Shown here one piece after another: positions 16,864 through 27,210 of a DNA stretch of 43,703 nt. The stretch lies in the sequence record DRR723986_5863; one strand, 5' to 3'. Under the pieces are notes generated by a model. The model worked only from the letters and a program-made list of their open reading frames with translations, made no database searches and was not told the DNA's origin. The stretch's first letter is position 1, and the number at the start of each line of letters is the position of its first letter. A program made the position numbers and the translations under genes.

Positions 16864-17555
16864 TGGGTATCTCCTGTGACGAGGTCCTGACCCCAATTGA
16901 GGGCGTGGACATAAAGGCCGAGCGGGTTAGCGCGCAGAGTCTCTGCGTCCGTCGGCGGCTGGGTGATGATGGTGAAATTGCCAGTAAACCTCTGGACACG
17001 GACGAGCGCGCCATTCTCATAGGTTTTCTCTATCCAGCGGGCCTGGAAACTGTCATCGGAGACGCGCACGACGCTGACGACATCCACCGTGCGGGATTTT
17101 CGCCCGACATCCGCGAAGGGGTCATTGTCCTGCGCATACTGATTGAGCGTGGTTGAGGCGCGGTCTGTCACGAAATCATAGGCGCGCAGCCAGTTCTCGC
17201 GCACGACAACCGGATCGACGGAAAGTCCGCGGACATTCTCGATGAAGCCTGCAAGATGATGGGCGATCTGGGCGTCGGTCGGCGAATAGCGTTCCGTCGC
17301 CGGGGCGACAGCGCGGGCGGCGCCTGTCTCATCGACTTCGACGACATAAGGCGTCACCGTCGATTGCAGGCTTCGCCAGACAAGGGCGCTTGTGGTGACG
17401 AAGCAGAGGCCGAGACATCCGAGCGCTATCAGCCGCCAGTTCTTCGCCTGCACGCGGGCCGACCCGATCCGCTCGTCCCAGACCTGACCCGCTTTCTGAT
17501 AAGGCGTTTCAGGGAAAGGGCTCAGGCCATAGGTGGTGGAAGATCGTTTGAACAT
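16860..17555 (-). CDS. trbF: TrbF/VirB8 conjugal transfer protein
   Basis: TPYQKAGQVWDERIGSARVQAKNWR, NPLGLYV. Confidence 0.95.
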   Translation of the reverse strand: MFKRSSTTYGLSPFPETPYQKAGQVWDERIGSARVQAKNWRLIALGCLGLCFVTTSALVWRSLQSTVTPYVVEVDETGAARAVAPATERYSPTDAQIAHHLAGFIENVRGLSVDPVVVRENWLRAYDFVTDRASTTLNQYAQDNDPFADVGRKSRTVDVVSVVRVSDDSFQARWIEKTYENGALVRVQRFTGNFTIITQPPTDAETLRANPLGLYVHALNWGQDLVTGDTQ

Positions 17556-18863
17556 CTACTCGTCCTTGTCATTGAGTTGCGGGGCGGCGCCGGGCGAACC
17601 GCGATCGCCGTCGCGAAGACTGTGCGCCGCCATCTGTCCAGCCTGGGTCGCATTCTGGCGGGCCTGCATCCGACGCGCCCATCCCGGGCTTGAGGTTGAA
17701 GATGTTGGTGCGGACGCTTCCGCTCCGCCGGAGCCGCCAGTTGTGCGCCACGCACCCTGACTGCCACGCCGGTACGCGTCTCGAAGGGACTGCGCCGGAC
17801 GGCTTGCTGTTCTGCGAATGGCGTCGCCGCCTGCGCGCGCCATACCGGCGACACCTGCAGCGACGGCTCCCACGCCGGTCGCGCCGGATGCAACTGAGCC
17901 AAGCGTGTAGGCGGTGCGTCCTGCGCCCGCCATCGAAGCGCCCGCCTTGACGGCTGAGGACGCTCCGCTTGCGGCGGCACCCATTGCCGCACGCCCGCCC
18001 GCGCCAGCAACATAAGTCCCTGCAGCAACGCCAGCGGTCGCGCCGGCGGCTGATCCGGCCCCGAGCTGCGGCGCGCCGGTGATCAGCCCGCTGGCGACAC
18101 CGGGCGCAAAGATGCCCATCCAGAAGAAAACAATAGCTGCGAGCACCGTGCCCATGACCTGGGCGAGCGTGACTTCATCGCCGGTCCGGAATGCATCGGT
18201 TACTGAGGAGAACAGCGTCGAGCCAATCCCGATGATTACGGCAAGCACCATGAGCTTGATGCCCGACGTGATGACATTGCCGAGCACACGCTCGGCCAGG
18301 AAGGAGGTTTTGTTCCAGAGGGCGAACGGGACTAGAACGAACCCGGCGAGCGTTGTGAGCTTGAACTCCAGGATGGTGATGAAGAGCTGCACGGCCAGCA
18401 CGAAGAAAGCCACCATGATGATTGCCCAGGCGACGAACATGACCGCAATCATGATGAAGTTGTGGAAGAAGCTTATAGGTCCCAGCATGTCGCTGATCTC
18501 TTCGAGCAGGGGCTGGGCGGCCTCAAAGCCAACGCTGGCAATATAGCCCGGACGCAAGAGGTCCGCTGCTGTCATCGTACTGCCACCGGCTTTTATGCCG
18601 AGTTCGGCAAAACTGTCGAACACGATCCCGGCCAGTAGGGCAAAATTGCCAATGATGAAGGCGAAGAAGCCGACATAGAGCACTTTCTTGATCAGCCCGG
18701 CGATGACATCCGTGTTCTGTGAGAGCGCCCAGAACAGGCCCGCCAGCGTGATGTCGATGGCGATCAAAGTTGTTGTCAGATAAGCGACATCTCCCGCCAG
18801 CAGGCCGAAGCCGCTGTCAATGTAAGCGATAAAGGTCGCAAGGAAGGTGTCGATGACGTCCAT
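17556..18863 (-). CDS. trbL: TrbL/VirB6 conjugal transfer protein
   Basis: YIDSGFGLL, EFKLTTLAGFVLVPFALW..TSFLAERVLG, Gly/Ala-rich tail. Confidence 0.95.
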   Translation of the reverse strand: MDVIDTFLATFIAYIDSGFGLLAGDVAYLTTTLIAIDITLAGLFWALSQNTDVIAGLIKKVLYVGFFAFIIGNFALLAGIVFDSFAELGIKAGGSTMTAADLLRPGYIASVGFEAAQPLLEEISDMLGPISFFHNFIMIAVMFVAWAIIMVAFFVLAVQLFITILEFKLTTLAGFVLVPFALWNKTSFLAERVLGNVITSGIKLMVLAVIIGIGSTLFSSVTDAFRTGDEVTLAQVMGTVLAAIVFFWMGIFAPGVASGLITGAPQLGAGSAAGATAGVAAGTYVAGAGGRAAMGAAASGASSAVKAGASMAGAGRTAYTLGSVASGATGVGAVAAGVAGMARAGGDAIRRTASRPAQSLRDAYRRGSQGAWRTTGGSGGAEASAPTSSTSSPGWARRMQARQNATQAGQMAAHSLRDGDRGSPGAAPQLNDKDE

Positions 18864-19570
18864 CAGTCGCTGCCGCCGCTCAGAAAGGATTTGGTGCGGG
18901 CGCGGCCGCGTTCCGCTTCGGCGAGCTGGCGGGCGCGTTCGAGCGCTTCGGCCCGGTAGTGCGAGGCCATCATGGATTCGATCTGCATAAGCTGCTCAGT
19001 CTGCAGCGCTTCAATCTGATTGCCGGCCTGCAGGGCCTGGAGATTGCCGACCGCGGACTGGCTGTCGCCGATCAGCCGGTCGAGACTTTCAGAATCCGCA
19101 CGGGCGGATGAAACGACCTGCGCTGTGACAAGCAGGCTTTCACGATAGGCCGTCCGGGACTGGCGCCACCTCGTGCGCGCCTCTTCAACAAGGACGCGAT
19201 GCTCCGGCGGCGTGTCGCCATAATCTTCCGGGTAGATCACTTCATAGTCGCGTTCGATTTCCTCAACGCCGTAGCCGATCCCCTCTGCGCGCCGCATGAG
19301 GTCGTCGATGCGGCGCATCCGGCGCAAAATGTCATCGGCGATCGAGTCGGGCAGCGTTTCGAGATCGCGCGCCATATTCTCCAGCATTTCAATCTCATGA
19401 GTGAGCTGTTGGATCTGATTGTTGATCTCCTGCAGTGCGCGGACCGCCTGGTAGATATTCTGGATATGATTGGCCGGGTCGTAGACCGTCCACTGCGCGC
19501 TTGCCGGCGGCGCGGTGATTGCCGTCATGGGAAACACGCAGAGGGCGGCGGAGAGAAGAAGACGTTTCAT
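18863..19570 (-). CDS. trbJ: TrbJ conjugal transfer protein
   Basis: Signal peptide, VYDPAN..QN, SQSAVGNLQALQAGNQ. Confidence 0.93.
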   Translation of the reverse strand: MKRLLLSAALCVFPMTAITAPPASAQWTVYDPANHIQNIYQAVRALQEINNQIQQLTHEIEMLENMARDLETLPDSIADDILRRMRRIDDLMRRAEGIGYGVEEIERDYEVIYPEDYGDTPPEHRVLVEEARTRWRQSRTAYRESLLVTAQVVSSARADSESLDRLIGDSQSAVGNLQALQAGNQIEALQTEQLMQIESMMASHYRAEALERARQLAEAERGRARTKSFLSGGSD

Positions 19571-19582
19571 GGGGTGGGGCTC

Positions 19583-22048
19583 CTATTCGGAGGCGATGGC
19601 GTGAGCGGATGGGAAGGGATCGCTGGTTTGAGGCGCATGGCCCGGCCAGCGCGCCAGCAGGTCAGCCGCCCAGGGCAGGCCCTTTTCGTGGAGCCAGCAT
19701 TCGGGGAAGTCTTCGCTTGTCGTTTCCGCCAACACGCGGTCGAGGAGTGCCTGATCTTCGGGTGAGGATGCACCACACACTGAGAGCGCAATCGGGCCGA
19801 GGCCGAGGTCAAAGACACGCGCGCCAAGCGGTGACTGGTAATAATAGTCGCGCTTCGGTGTCGCCCTTGAGATCAGTTCGATCTGGCGGGCGTTCAGGCC
19901 AAATCTTTCGTAGGTCTCTTTCGATTGCGGTTCCTGCGCGCGTTCGTTCGGCAGGAAAATCCGTGTCGGACAGCTTTCGACAAGCGCAGGCGCTATTGAG
20001 CTGTTGGCGATGTCCGCGAGGCTCTGTGTCGCAAACACGACGGACACGTTCTTCTTGCGCAGCGTCTTGAGCCATTCGCGGATACGCGCTGCAAATATTG
20101 GATGATCGAGAAAGAGCCAGGCTTCATCGAGAATGAGGAGCGTCGGATGTCCATCGAATCGGGCTTCGAGTCGGTGGAACAGATAGGTGATAACCGGGAG
20201 GGCTGCGCCCTTGGCATGCATTAGCTCTTCCATTTCGAAGCAGACCGTGTCTGCGAGCGCGAGGCTTTCATGGTCGGCGTCGAGCAGCCGTCCATGAGGG
20301 CCTTCGAGGGTGAAGGGATGAAGCGCTGATTTCAGCGTGTCGTCCTGCAGCATCAGGGTGAGACCTGTCAGGGTGCGTTCTTCTTCCGGGGCGCTGGCGA
20401 GAGACTGGATGGCTTCCCAAAGTCTCGCTTTCAGGTCAGGCGTCATCACGACGCCTTCACTAGCGCAAAGCCCCGCAAGCCAGTCGGCGGCAAAGCTCGC
20501 GCCGGTCTCATTGTCGATGTTTTTCAGGGGCTGAAGGCTTGGGGCGTCTCCACCGCCGAGATCGACATGCGCGCCGCCCATTGAGAGCGTCGCCGCGCGG
20601 GCCGAGCGGCCCTTGTCGAAGATGAAAACCTGCGCGCCATCATAGCGTTTCCATTGCATCGCCAACAGTGAGAGGAGGACTGACTTGCCTGCGCCGGTCG
20701 GACCGACAACCAGCGTGTGACCGACATCGCCAATGTGGAGGTTGAGGCGGAACGGGGTCGTGCCATCGGTCTGCGCCTGGATGAGCGCCGGGCTTTTAAG
20801 ATGCCGGTTCGTCTCTTCCCCCGCCCAGACCGCTGAAAGCGGCACCATATGGGCGAGGTTTAGCGTATGCAGGATAGGCTGGCGGACATTGGCGTAAGGA
20901 TGACCGGGTAAGCTACCGAGCCAGGCGTCGACGGCATTGAGCGTTTCCCTTATCGCCGTGAAGCCGCGGCCATTGATGATGCGCTCGGCGATGCAGATGT
21001 GTTCATCGACGGTGCGCCGGTCCGGATCGGCGACGGTGATCGTGGTCGTGACATAGCCATAGGAAACAAGATCAGACCCGAGCTCTTGCAGCGCGGCGTC
21101 GGCATCGCTGGCCTTGTTGTCGGCGTCATTGTCGACAAGGGCGGCCTGTTCATTGAACATGGTCTCGCGCAGGACCGCGCCGATGGACTTGCGCTTGGCG
21201 AACCAGTGACGGCGCTTCTTGCCGAGCACCTTTTCGGCCTGCGCCTTGTCCATGGCGATAAAGCGCGTCGCCCAGCGATATGCGAAACCCTGCCGGTTCA
21301 GCTCATCAAGGATGCCGGGCAGCGTTGAGGCCGGGAATCCGAGAATAGTCAGCGTTCTGAGATGCGCCTCGCCGATCATGGGTTCGAGACCGCCTGCGAA
21401 AGGCTCATCGGCCAGCACGGCGTCGAGAAAGACGGGTAGCTCGGGCGTGACGACCGGATGGCGTTTGGTCGAGATGGTCGAATGCAGATAGGTCAGCGTC
21501 TCATCGTCGGAGAGCCTTGCGATCTCGGCGAGACAGGTTGAGAGGAGATCGAACACCCTCTCGGCATGTTGTTGGAAGGTTTCCAGCCGATGACGCCAGG
21601 TCGCCGCGTCCTCGGTTTCGGCTCGCTGGATCAGAGCTTTTTCGGCGCGGCCCGTCGCATCGGCGGGCGGTAGCCAGAGAAGTGTCAGGAAGTAGTCGCT
21701 TTCAAAGCGGGCTCCGGCCTCTTCAGCCTGCAGGGCACGTTCCTTGTCGACGAGCCATGACAGCGCGTCTGGAAAGTCCGTCTCCGGATAGTCATGCACC
21801 TCGCCGCGCTGCGCCTCGAAGAAGAGCGCCCAGCCGGAGCCGAACCGGCGCAGCACATTATTGACCCGCGCCATGGCCGAGACGAGTTCTTCTTGCGTCG
21901 AGCTTTCAAGGTCAGGGCCGCGATACTTGAACGTCGTCTGAAACGATCCGTCCTTGTTGAGGACGATACCGGGCGCGACGATTGCAGCCCATGGCAGATA
22001 ATCGGCCAGCAGCGTAGGGGAGTCTGCATATTCCTTGAGGTTCAGCAT
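19583..22048 (-). CDS. trbE: TrbE/VirB4 ATPase
   Basis: MLNLKEY..LADYLPWA, Walker A GPTGAGKS, LILDEAW, WLKTLRKKN, FATQSL. Confidence 0.96.
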   Translation of the reverse strand: MLNLKEYADSPTLLADYLPWAAIVAPGIVLNKDGSFQTTFKYRGPDLESSTQEELVSAMARVNNVLRRFGSGWALFFEAQRGEVHDYPETDFPDALSWLVDKERALQAEEAGARFESDYFLTLLWLPPADATGRAEKALIQRAETEDAATWRHRLETFQQHAERVFDLLSTCLAEIARLSDDETLTYLHSTISTKRHPVVTPELPVFLDAVLADEPFAGGLEPMIGEAHLRTLTILGFPASTLPGILDELNRQGFAYRWATRFIAMDKAQAEKVLGKKRRHWFAKRKSIGAVLRETMFNEQAALVDNDADNKASDADAALQELGSDLVSYGYVTTTITVADPDRRTVDEHICIAERIINGRGFTAIRETLNAVDAWLGSLPGHPYANVRQPILHTLNLAHMVPLSAVWAGEETNRHLKSPALIQAQTDGTTPFRLNLHIGDVGHTLVVGPTGAGKSVLLSLLAMQWKRYDGAQVFIFDKGRSARAATLSMGGAHVDLGGGDAPSLQPLKNIDNETGASFAADWLAGLCASEGVVMTPDLKARLWEAIQSLASAPEEERTLTGLTLMLQDDTLKSALHPFTLEGPHGRLLDADHESLALADTVCFEMEELMHAKGAALPVITYLFHRLEARFDGHPTLLILDEAWLFLDHPIFAARIREWLKTLRKKNVSVVFATQSLADIANSSIAPALVESCPTRIFLPNERAQEPQSKETYERFGLNARQIELISRATPKRDYYYQSPLGARVFDLGLGPIALSVCGASSPEDQALLDRVLAETTSEDFPECWLHEKGLPWAADLLARWPGHAPQTSDPFPSAHAIASE

Positions 22049-22296
22049 GTCATGTTCTCCTTGTGCCGCGTCGAGCGACTGGCGACGGCCATGAAATCCG
22101 GATCGCTTCGCGCCATGAAGACGGCGGCGGAATGGCCAAGTACCCAGAGGCAGAGCCCCGGTATCCAAAGCCGGAGACCGAGCGCGAGGGCGGCGGCCAG
22201 CGTTCCGATGGCGATGGCTGCGCTGCGCGGCGCGCCCGCCATCAGGATCGGCTCCGTCAGCGAGCGATGAAGCGGGATTTCATAGCCTTCAGCCAT
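22042..22296 (-). CDS. trbD: TrbD/VirB3
   Basis: MAEGYEIPLHRSLTEPILMAGAPR; TAATG overlap with trbC. Confidence 0.93.
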   Translation of the reverse strand: MAEGYEIPLHRSLTEPILMAGAPRSAAIAIGTLAAALALGLRLWIPGLCLWVLGHSAAVFMARSDPDFMAVASRSTRHKENMTC

Positions 22297-22631
22297 TAGA
22301 CGAGCGCTCCGCCGCCGAAGGAGAAGAAGGTCAGGAAGAAGGATGTCGCGGCGAAGGCGATGGACAGACCGAACACAATCTGGATCAGTTTGCGCATGCC
22401 GCCGCTGGTCTCTCCGAAAGCCAAGGTCAGACCGGTCAGCGTGATGATGATGACCGCCACAATCCGGGCGACCGGGCCTTCGATGGATTGCAGGATCTGA
22501 TCCAGCGGGCCTTCCCAGGGCATGCCGGAACCGGCCGCGTGCGCTGGACCTGCGAGCAATAGACCGATGCCGATGAGAGCCGCGACCTGAGCCGTCCGGT
22601 TCACGGCGCTGAATGTGTTGTAGAGCGTCAT
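22296..22631 (-). CDS. trbC: TrbC/VirB2 pilin
   Basis: AGSGMPWEGPL..IL.SIEGPVA, LAFGETSGG, SFGGGALV. Confidence 0.95.
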   Translation of the reverse strand: MTLYNTFSAVNRTAQVAALIGIGLLLAGPAHAAGSGMPWEGPLDQILQSIEGPVARIVAVIIITLTGLTLAFGETSGGMRKLIQIVFGLSIAFAATSFFLTFFSFGGGALV

Positions 22632-23623
22632 AGAGTTTCTCCATGTTGGACGAGGGACAAAGAGCGGGAGACAAGCGGGGCGGTGTCATAGCCCTCGCCA
22701 TTGAAGCCGGTGACGCGGAGCGCTTCCTCGACGCGGCGCTGGCCGCCTGCGCGGCTCATGAACACGACCACGTCGATGGCCTCGGCGATGAGATCGAAGG
22801 GCGCGCGGGGCGTTGCTTCCAGCGTCAGCTGCTCAAGTCGCTGGAGCGCGCCGTGTGCGGAGTTTGCATGAAGGGTTGTAATCCCGCCCGGATGGCCTGT
22901 GTTCCACGCCTTCAGGAGATCGAGCGCTTCGGCCCCGCGCACCTCGCCCACAATGATCCGGTCAGGCCGCAGGCGGAGGGTCGAGCGCACAAGGTCCTGC
23001 AGGTTTGTGGCGCCGCGATGGGTCCGCAGCTGGACGGTATTCGGCGCGGTGCATTTCAGCTCGCGTGTATCTTCGAGGATGACAATGCGATCATCGTGCA
23101 GGGAGGGCTCGGTCAGCAGGGCGTTTGTAAAGGTTGTTTTGCCGGATGATGTGCCACCCGCGATCAGAATGTTGTCGTGCGTGGAAACCGCAGCCTTGAG
23201 CGCTGTCATTATTGCCGGCGCCAGCGCGCCCTGGTCGACATAATCAGCGAGTTTGAAAGGCGTTGTCGCAGGCTTGCGGATTGAAAAACATGGACTTGTT
23301 GAGACAGGTGGGAGGAGCCCTTCAAACCGCTCGCCGCTGCCGGGGAGTTCTGCAGAGACGATGGGGGAATTACGGTTTGCGGCTTCTCCCACGCCGGAGG
23401 CGACGAGGCGAATAACGCGCTCGCGGTCTGATGGCGCGAGCCTGTGATCAGAGACGACGACCCCGATACCTGTTGTTTCTATCCAGACAGAGCCGTCCGG
23501 ATTGGCCATGATTTCGATCGTATCTGGCGCTTCCAGCGCTTCGCGCACCACAGAACAGAACGCGGTGCGCAGCATTGCGCTGCGACGGTCTTCTGTTTCG
23601 CTTTGGTGCGCGGGCTTGTCCAT
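22628..23623 (-). CDS. trbB: TrbB/VirB11 ATPase
   Basis: GGTSSGKTT, LRLRPDRIIVGEVRG, AWNTGHPGG. Confidence 0.96.
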   Translation of the reverse strand: MDKPAHQSETEDRRSAMLRTAFCSVVREALEAPDTIEIMANPDGSVWIETTGIGVVVSDHRLAPSDRERVIRLVASGVGEAANRNSPIVSAELPGSGERFEGLLPPVSTSPCFSIRKPATTPFKLADYVDQGALAPAIMTALKAAVSTHDNILIAGGTSSGKTTFTNALLTEPSLHDDRIVILEDTRELKCTAPNTVQLRTHRGATNLQDLVRSTLRLRPDRIIVGEVRGAEALDLLKAWNTGHPGGITTLHANSAHGALQRLEQLTLEATPRAPFDLIAEAIDVVVFMSRAGGQRRVEEALRVTGFNGEGYDTAPLVSRSLSLVQHGETL

Positions 23624-23752
23624 TTCATAAGGCTCCTGTCACTCACGTTTCCGAGTGACCAAAGCCTGACAGCCCATGCGATTTTCGGGGAGTGGGACTG
23701 CGGGCCATATCCAGCAACGCCCCGCGACCTGCTGCAGATGAATGCAAACACG

Positions 23753-23776
23753 AACCTGTAACTATAGCTACAGGTT
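23753..23776. promoter_or_regulatory. 24-bp near-perfect palindrome in the divergent trbB / DUF2285 intergenic region
   Basis: AACCTGTAACTATAGCTACAGGTT (one mismatched pair). Confidence 0.6.
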
Positions 23777-23938
23777 GCGACTGTAAAAATCCCTCATGAG
23801 GAGAGTTTGAATAGTGATCAGATGCTCAAATTATTCCCGTAAGATGCTGTTCTTGCATTAAGTAATCTGCGCGTATGAATTCGGTCTTCAATTTCAGGTT
23901 GGCACTCATCTTGCTGAATTCCCCTGTGAAGGGAGCTG

Positions 23939-24790
23939 ATGATGAAGACTTTTACCTTGAGTTCAGAGGGCGTCCTGGCGCGCTACGATTACCTTTCTCG
24001 CCTGTCGCCTGATCGCTGGGCATGGGAATATGCAAGGCGCAATCCCGACCTCAGACGCGATGCAGAGGCGCGGTCGGACGACGATGTATCTGAAATGAAA
24101 GCGCCTTGCGCCGATATTCGTCTCTTGAAGCCCCGCAACCCGCAGCGCCTCGCTCACCGCTGGGGCCTTATGTTCATGCCCGATCCAGACCTTAATGGGT
24201 TTGAAGCCGATGCGGTCTGGAACAAGCATGTGTTTCCCGATCAGGTGGAAGTGAACTGCTCACCACGGGCGCCGGGCGAAAGCTGTGATATCTGGGACAG
24301 CACGGTTCCAATTTGCCAAATCACCCACATTACCGATTTGCAGGCCCGCGAATTTCTTCTGATCCGCGGCAAGGGCTGCGTCGTGCAGGTGCGCTGCACC
24401 GGCGTTTCGATTCTGGGGCTCGAACCTGTTCGGATGAAACTGACCATCTCTGATCTCAAAGCCTATGAGCGCAAACTGAAAGCGCAGAAAGCCGCACTTG
24501 CCCTGATCGAGGAAGGCAGCGTGCCCGAGGCGCCGCTCTGGACCAAAACCACGCAAATCCTGCGTGACGGTTTGGTCGCCCTCGATTGTCTTGAGCTTGG
24601 CATGTCACGGCGCGAAATCGCCATTGTTCTCAACGGTAAAGCGGCCGTCGATGCCGAGTGGAGCGATGAAACCGGCACCATGCGGGACGCCATCCGCTAC
24701 ATTATCAAAAAGGCGGAGGGGCTGCGGGATGGCGGCTATCTGGTTGAACTTCTCGGCGCACAGCTGGGGTTTAATCAGCGTGCCGCATGA
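23939..24790 (+). CDS. FseA-like ICE transfer activator (DUF6499 + DUF2285) in a single frame
   Basis: WAWEYARRNP (DUF6499), RWGLMF.PDP, ALD....GMSRREIA..L.G, GLRDGGYLVELL (DUF2285). Confidence 0.8.
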   Translation: MMKTFTLSSEGVLARYDYLSRLSPDRWAWEYARRNPDLRRDAEARSDDDVSEMKAPCADIRLLKPRNPQRLAHRWGLMFMPDPDLNGFEADAVWNKHVFPDQVEVNCSPRAPGESCDIWDSTVPICQITHITDLQAREFLLIRGKGCVVQVRCTGVSILGLEPVRMKLTISDLKAYERKLKAQKAALALIEEGSVPEAPLWTKTTQILRDGLVALDCLELGMSRREIAIVLNGKAAVDAEWSDETGTMRDAIRYIIKKAEGLRDGGYLVELLGAQLGFNQRAA

Positions 24791-24799
24791 GTGAAGTCT

Positions 24800-25039
24800 T
24801 CACTCATTGCGGGCAAGCTCTCTTAGAACGTCGCTCTTGCAGGTCTGATATGCCCGTCGCCTGAAGTCTCCGCCGCTCTTGAGCCTGGAAGCCGGTGGGA
24901 TCAGTCCGCACTCGGCACGAACTGCTTCAGCTTCGATGACATCTAATGGTTGGAAAGCTTTTGGGGCCGACGCGCATCCCGCGAGCGAGGCGGCTAAGGT
25001 CCCCGTAATGAACAAGCTCCGCAAACTATTCATCGACAT
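24800..25039 (-). CDS. Small hypothetical lipoprotein
   Basis: Lipobox LAGC; AGGAG RBS; two further Cys. Confidence 0.7.
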   Translation of the reverse strand: MSMNSLRSLFITGTLAASLAGCASAPKAFQPLDVIEAEAVRAECGLIPPASRLKSGGDFRRRAYQTCKSDVLRELARNE

Positions 25040-25152
25040 ACGTAGACTCCTTTTGTGAATGATTGCTTTTCAGTTTTAGTCAGAAACACTGAGCCGCGCT
25101 GGCGGCACCCGGGCGTTTGATTGAATTCGGCACCAGAAGATCCTCAGTTTCA

Positions 25153-27162
25153 TCAATGTTCGCGATCCTGGAACGCAAGTAGTCGCAAAGCGTTGAACAC
25201 GACGATCAAAGTTGAACCTTCGTGAATGAGGACAGCGGGCCCGATCCCGAGACCGAAAAGCGTCGCGGGAATAAGAAACGAGACGATGCCGAGGCTGACC
25301 CAGAGATTTTGCCGGATAGTGCGACTGGTTGCCCGGCTCAATCCGACTGCAAATGGCAGCGTTTCAAGATCATCAGCCATGAGGGCAATGTCAGCGGTCT
25401 CAAGCGCAACGTCTGAGCCCGCCGCTCCCATGGCAATACCGACAGTCGCATTAGCCATGGCAGGCGCATCATTGACGCCGTCCCCAACCATAGCGACACC
25501 GAGGCCTTGCTTGAGCGATTTGATCTTGGTGACTTTGTCATCGGGCATGAGATCGCCGAAGGCCTCGTCCAGCCCAACGTCTCGCGCGACAGCATCTGCC
25601 ACATTCTGATTATCGCCCGAAATCATCATCATGCGGGTCACGCCGATGTCGCGCAGCCGCGCTATGACGGTTTTCGCGGCTTCGCGCGGCGTGTCCATCA
25701 GACCGATTACGCCCAGATAGCGCTCACCATGGCGCACAATCATCGTTGTGCGGCCATCGGCCGACAGCGAATTGACGCGCTCTGCCAAGTCCTCGGGCAC
25801 TGGCTTGCCGTCCACCTCATCAAACAAGGCCGATTTGCCGATATGCACAATCTGGCCATCATACATGGCGGAAACACCGCGACCGGTTATGCTCGTAAAA
25901 TCAGTTGCGCTGTCGGGGATTGATCCGAGGCGCGTTTTCGCATCGCGCACCACGGCCTCGGCCAGCGGATGATCACTCAGCGTTTCAACAGCGGCGCTAA
26001 CCCTGAGCAAAGTGTCTTCATCGACATCGCCGAAAGGCACAATATCCACTAGGCGCGGCTCGCCCTCCGTCAGTGTGCCTGTTTTGTCAAAGGCGATGGC
26101 GTCGAGCCGTCCGAGCGCCTCAAGCGGCGCGCCGCCCTTGATCAACACGCCGCCGCGCGCGGCGCGGGCCACGCCGGAGAGAATGGCGCTTGGGGTTGCA
26201 ATGGCCAGCGCGCAGGGGCTTGCCGCCACCAATACAGCCATGGCTCGGTAGAAGCTTTCGGAAGCCGTCTCGTCCAAAACAAGGAAGGCCAGCGACGTAA
26301 CAACCGCCAGAACAATGACGCACGGCACAAATATTCGCTCGAACTTTTTGGTAAAACTCTGGGTCGGTGACTGGCGTGTTTCAGCCTCGCTCACCATGGT
26401 GACAACGCGGGCCAGCGTCGTCTCGCCCGACAATTTGGTCACTTCTATATCAAGACTGCCGGACCCATTGATTGACCCCGCGAACACGCGGCTTTCGGCC
26501 TTCAGCGCGTCAGGATTAGCAGCTGCCTTTTCGCGGTCAGCCACGGGTCTTTTGTCTACGGGCGCGCTTTCGCCTGTAATGGGCGCCTGATTGACGGCGC
26601 TTTGTCCGCTGACCACAAATCCGTCGGCTGGCAAGCGCTCATTGGAACGCACCACAACGACATCGCCGACAACTAACTCGTCAATCGCAATGGTTTCTGT
26701 CGTCTCACCCCTACGGACAAGCGCCTCATCCGGAGTGAGATCCGACAAAGCCGAAATCGCATTGCGCGCCCGGGCCATGGCATAGTTTTCAAGGGCATGG
26801 CCAATGGCAAACAGGAAGAGAAGAAAAGCACCTTCCGCCCATTCGCCGAGAATGGCGGCGCCCGTCGCAGCCACCAGCATCAGAAAGTCGATCTGAAACT
26901 GGCCTTTGAGTATTTTACCCATGGCCTCACGCAGCGCGAAATAACCGCCGAAAAAGTAAGCCGCGAGCAGGAAGCCAAATCCGATGGGGTCCGGTAGAAA
27001 CCCAAGTTTGGGTCCGAGCCAGCCTGCCAGCAGGCAAAGTCCAGCTAGCCCGGCAAAGATGATTTCCGCGCGCGGGCCCACTATACGGCTAATGACATCG
27101 CCATGGTCATGACCATGACTGTCAGTGTCATGATCATGATTTGAGTGTTTCGGGGGTGACAT
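25153..27162 (-). CDS. Heavy-metal P1B-type ATPase, P1B-4 (CzcP-like; Co/Zn/Cd)
   Basis: His-rich N-terminus, TGES, SPC motif (AASPCAL), DKTGT, GDGVNDAP, HEGST. Confidence 0.93.
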   Translation of the reverse strand: MSPPKHSNHDHDTDSHGHDHGDVISRIVGPRAEIIFAGLAGLCLLAGWLGPKLGFLPDPIGFGFLLAAYFFGGYFALREAMGKILKGQFQIDFLMLVAATGAAILGEWAEGAFLLFLFAIGHALENYAMARARNAISALSDLTPDEALVRRGETTETIAIDELVVGDVVVVRSNERLPADGFVVSGQSAVNQAPITGESAPVDKRPVADREKAAANPDALKAESRVFAGSINGSGSLDIEVTKLSGETTLARVVTMVSEAETRQSPTQSFTKKFERIFVPCVIVLAVVTSLAFLVLDETASESFYRAMAVLVAASPCALAIATPSAILSGVARAARGGVLIKGGAPLEALGRLDAIAFDKTGTLTEGEPRLVDIVPFGDVDEDTLLRVSAAVETLSDHPLAEAVVRDAKTRLGSIPDSATDFTSITGRGVSAMYDGQIVHIGKSALFDEVDGKPVPEDLAERVNSLSADGRTTMIVRHGERYLGVIGLMDTPREAAKTVIARLRDIGVTRMMMISGDNQNVADAVARDVGLDEAFGDLMPDDKVTKIKSLKQGLGVAMVGDGVNDAPAMANATVGIAMGAAGSDVALETADIALMADDLETLPFAVGLSRATSRTIRQNLWVSLGIVSFLIPATLFGLGIGPAVLIHEGSTLIVVFNALRLLAFQDREH

Positions 27163-27172
27163 AAGCGTCTCC

Positions 27173-27210
27173 AAAAAAGTGACGCCTTGGCGGATTACAC
27201 CGCCAAGGCG
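27173..27210 (-). terminator. Terminator-like hairpin between czcA and the ATPase
   Basis: CGCCTTGGCGG-attaca-CCGCCAAGGCG 27183-27210, followed on minus by TCAC-TTTTTT. Confidence 0.7.
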
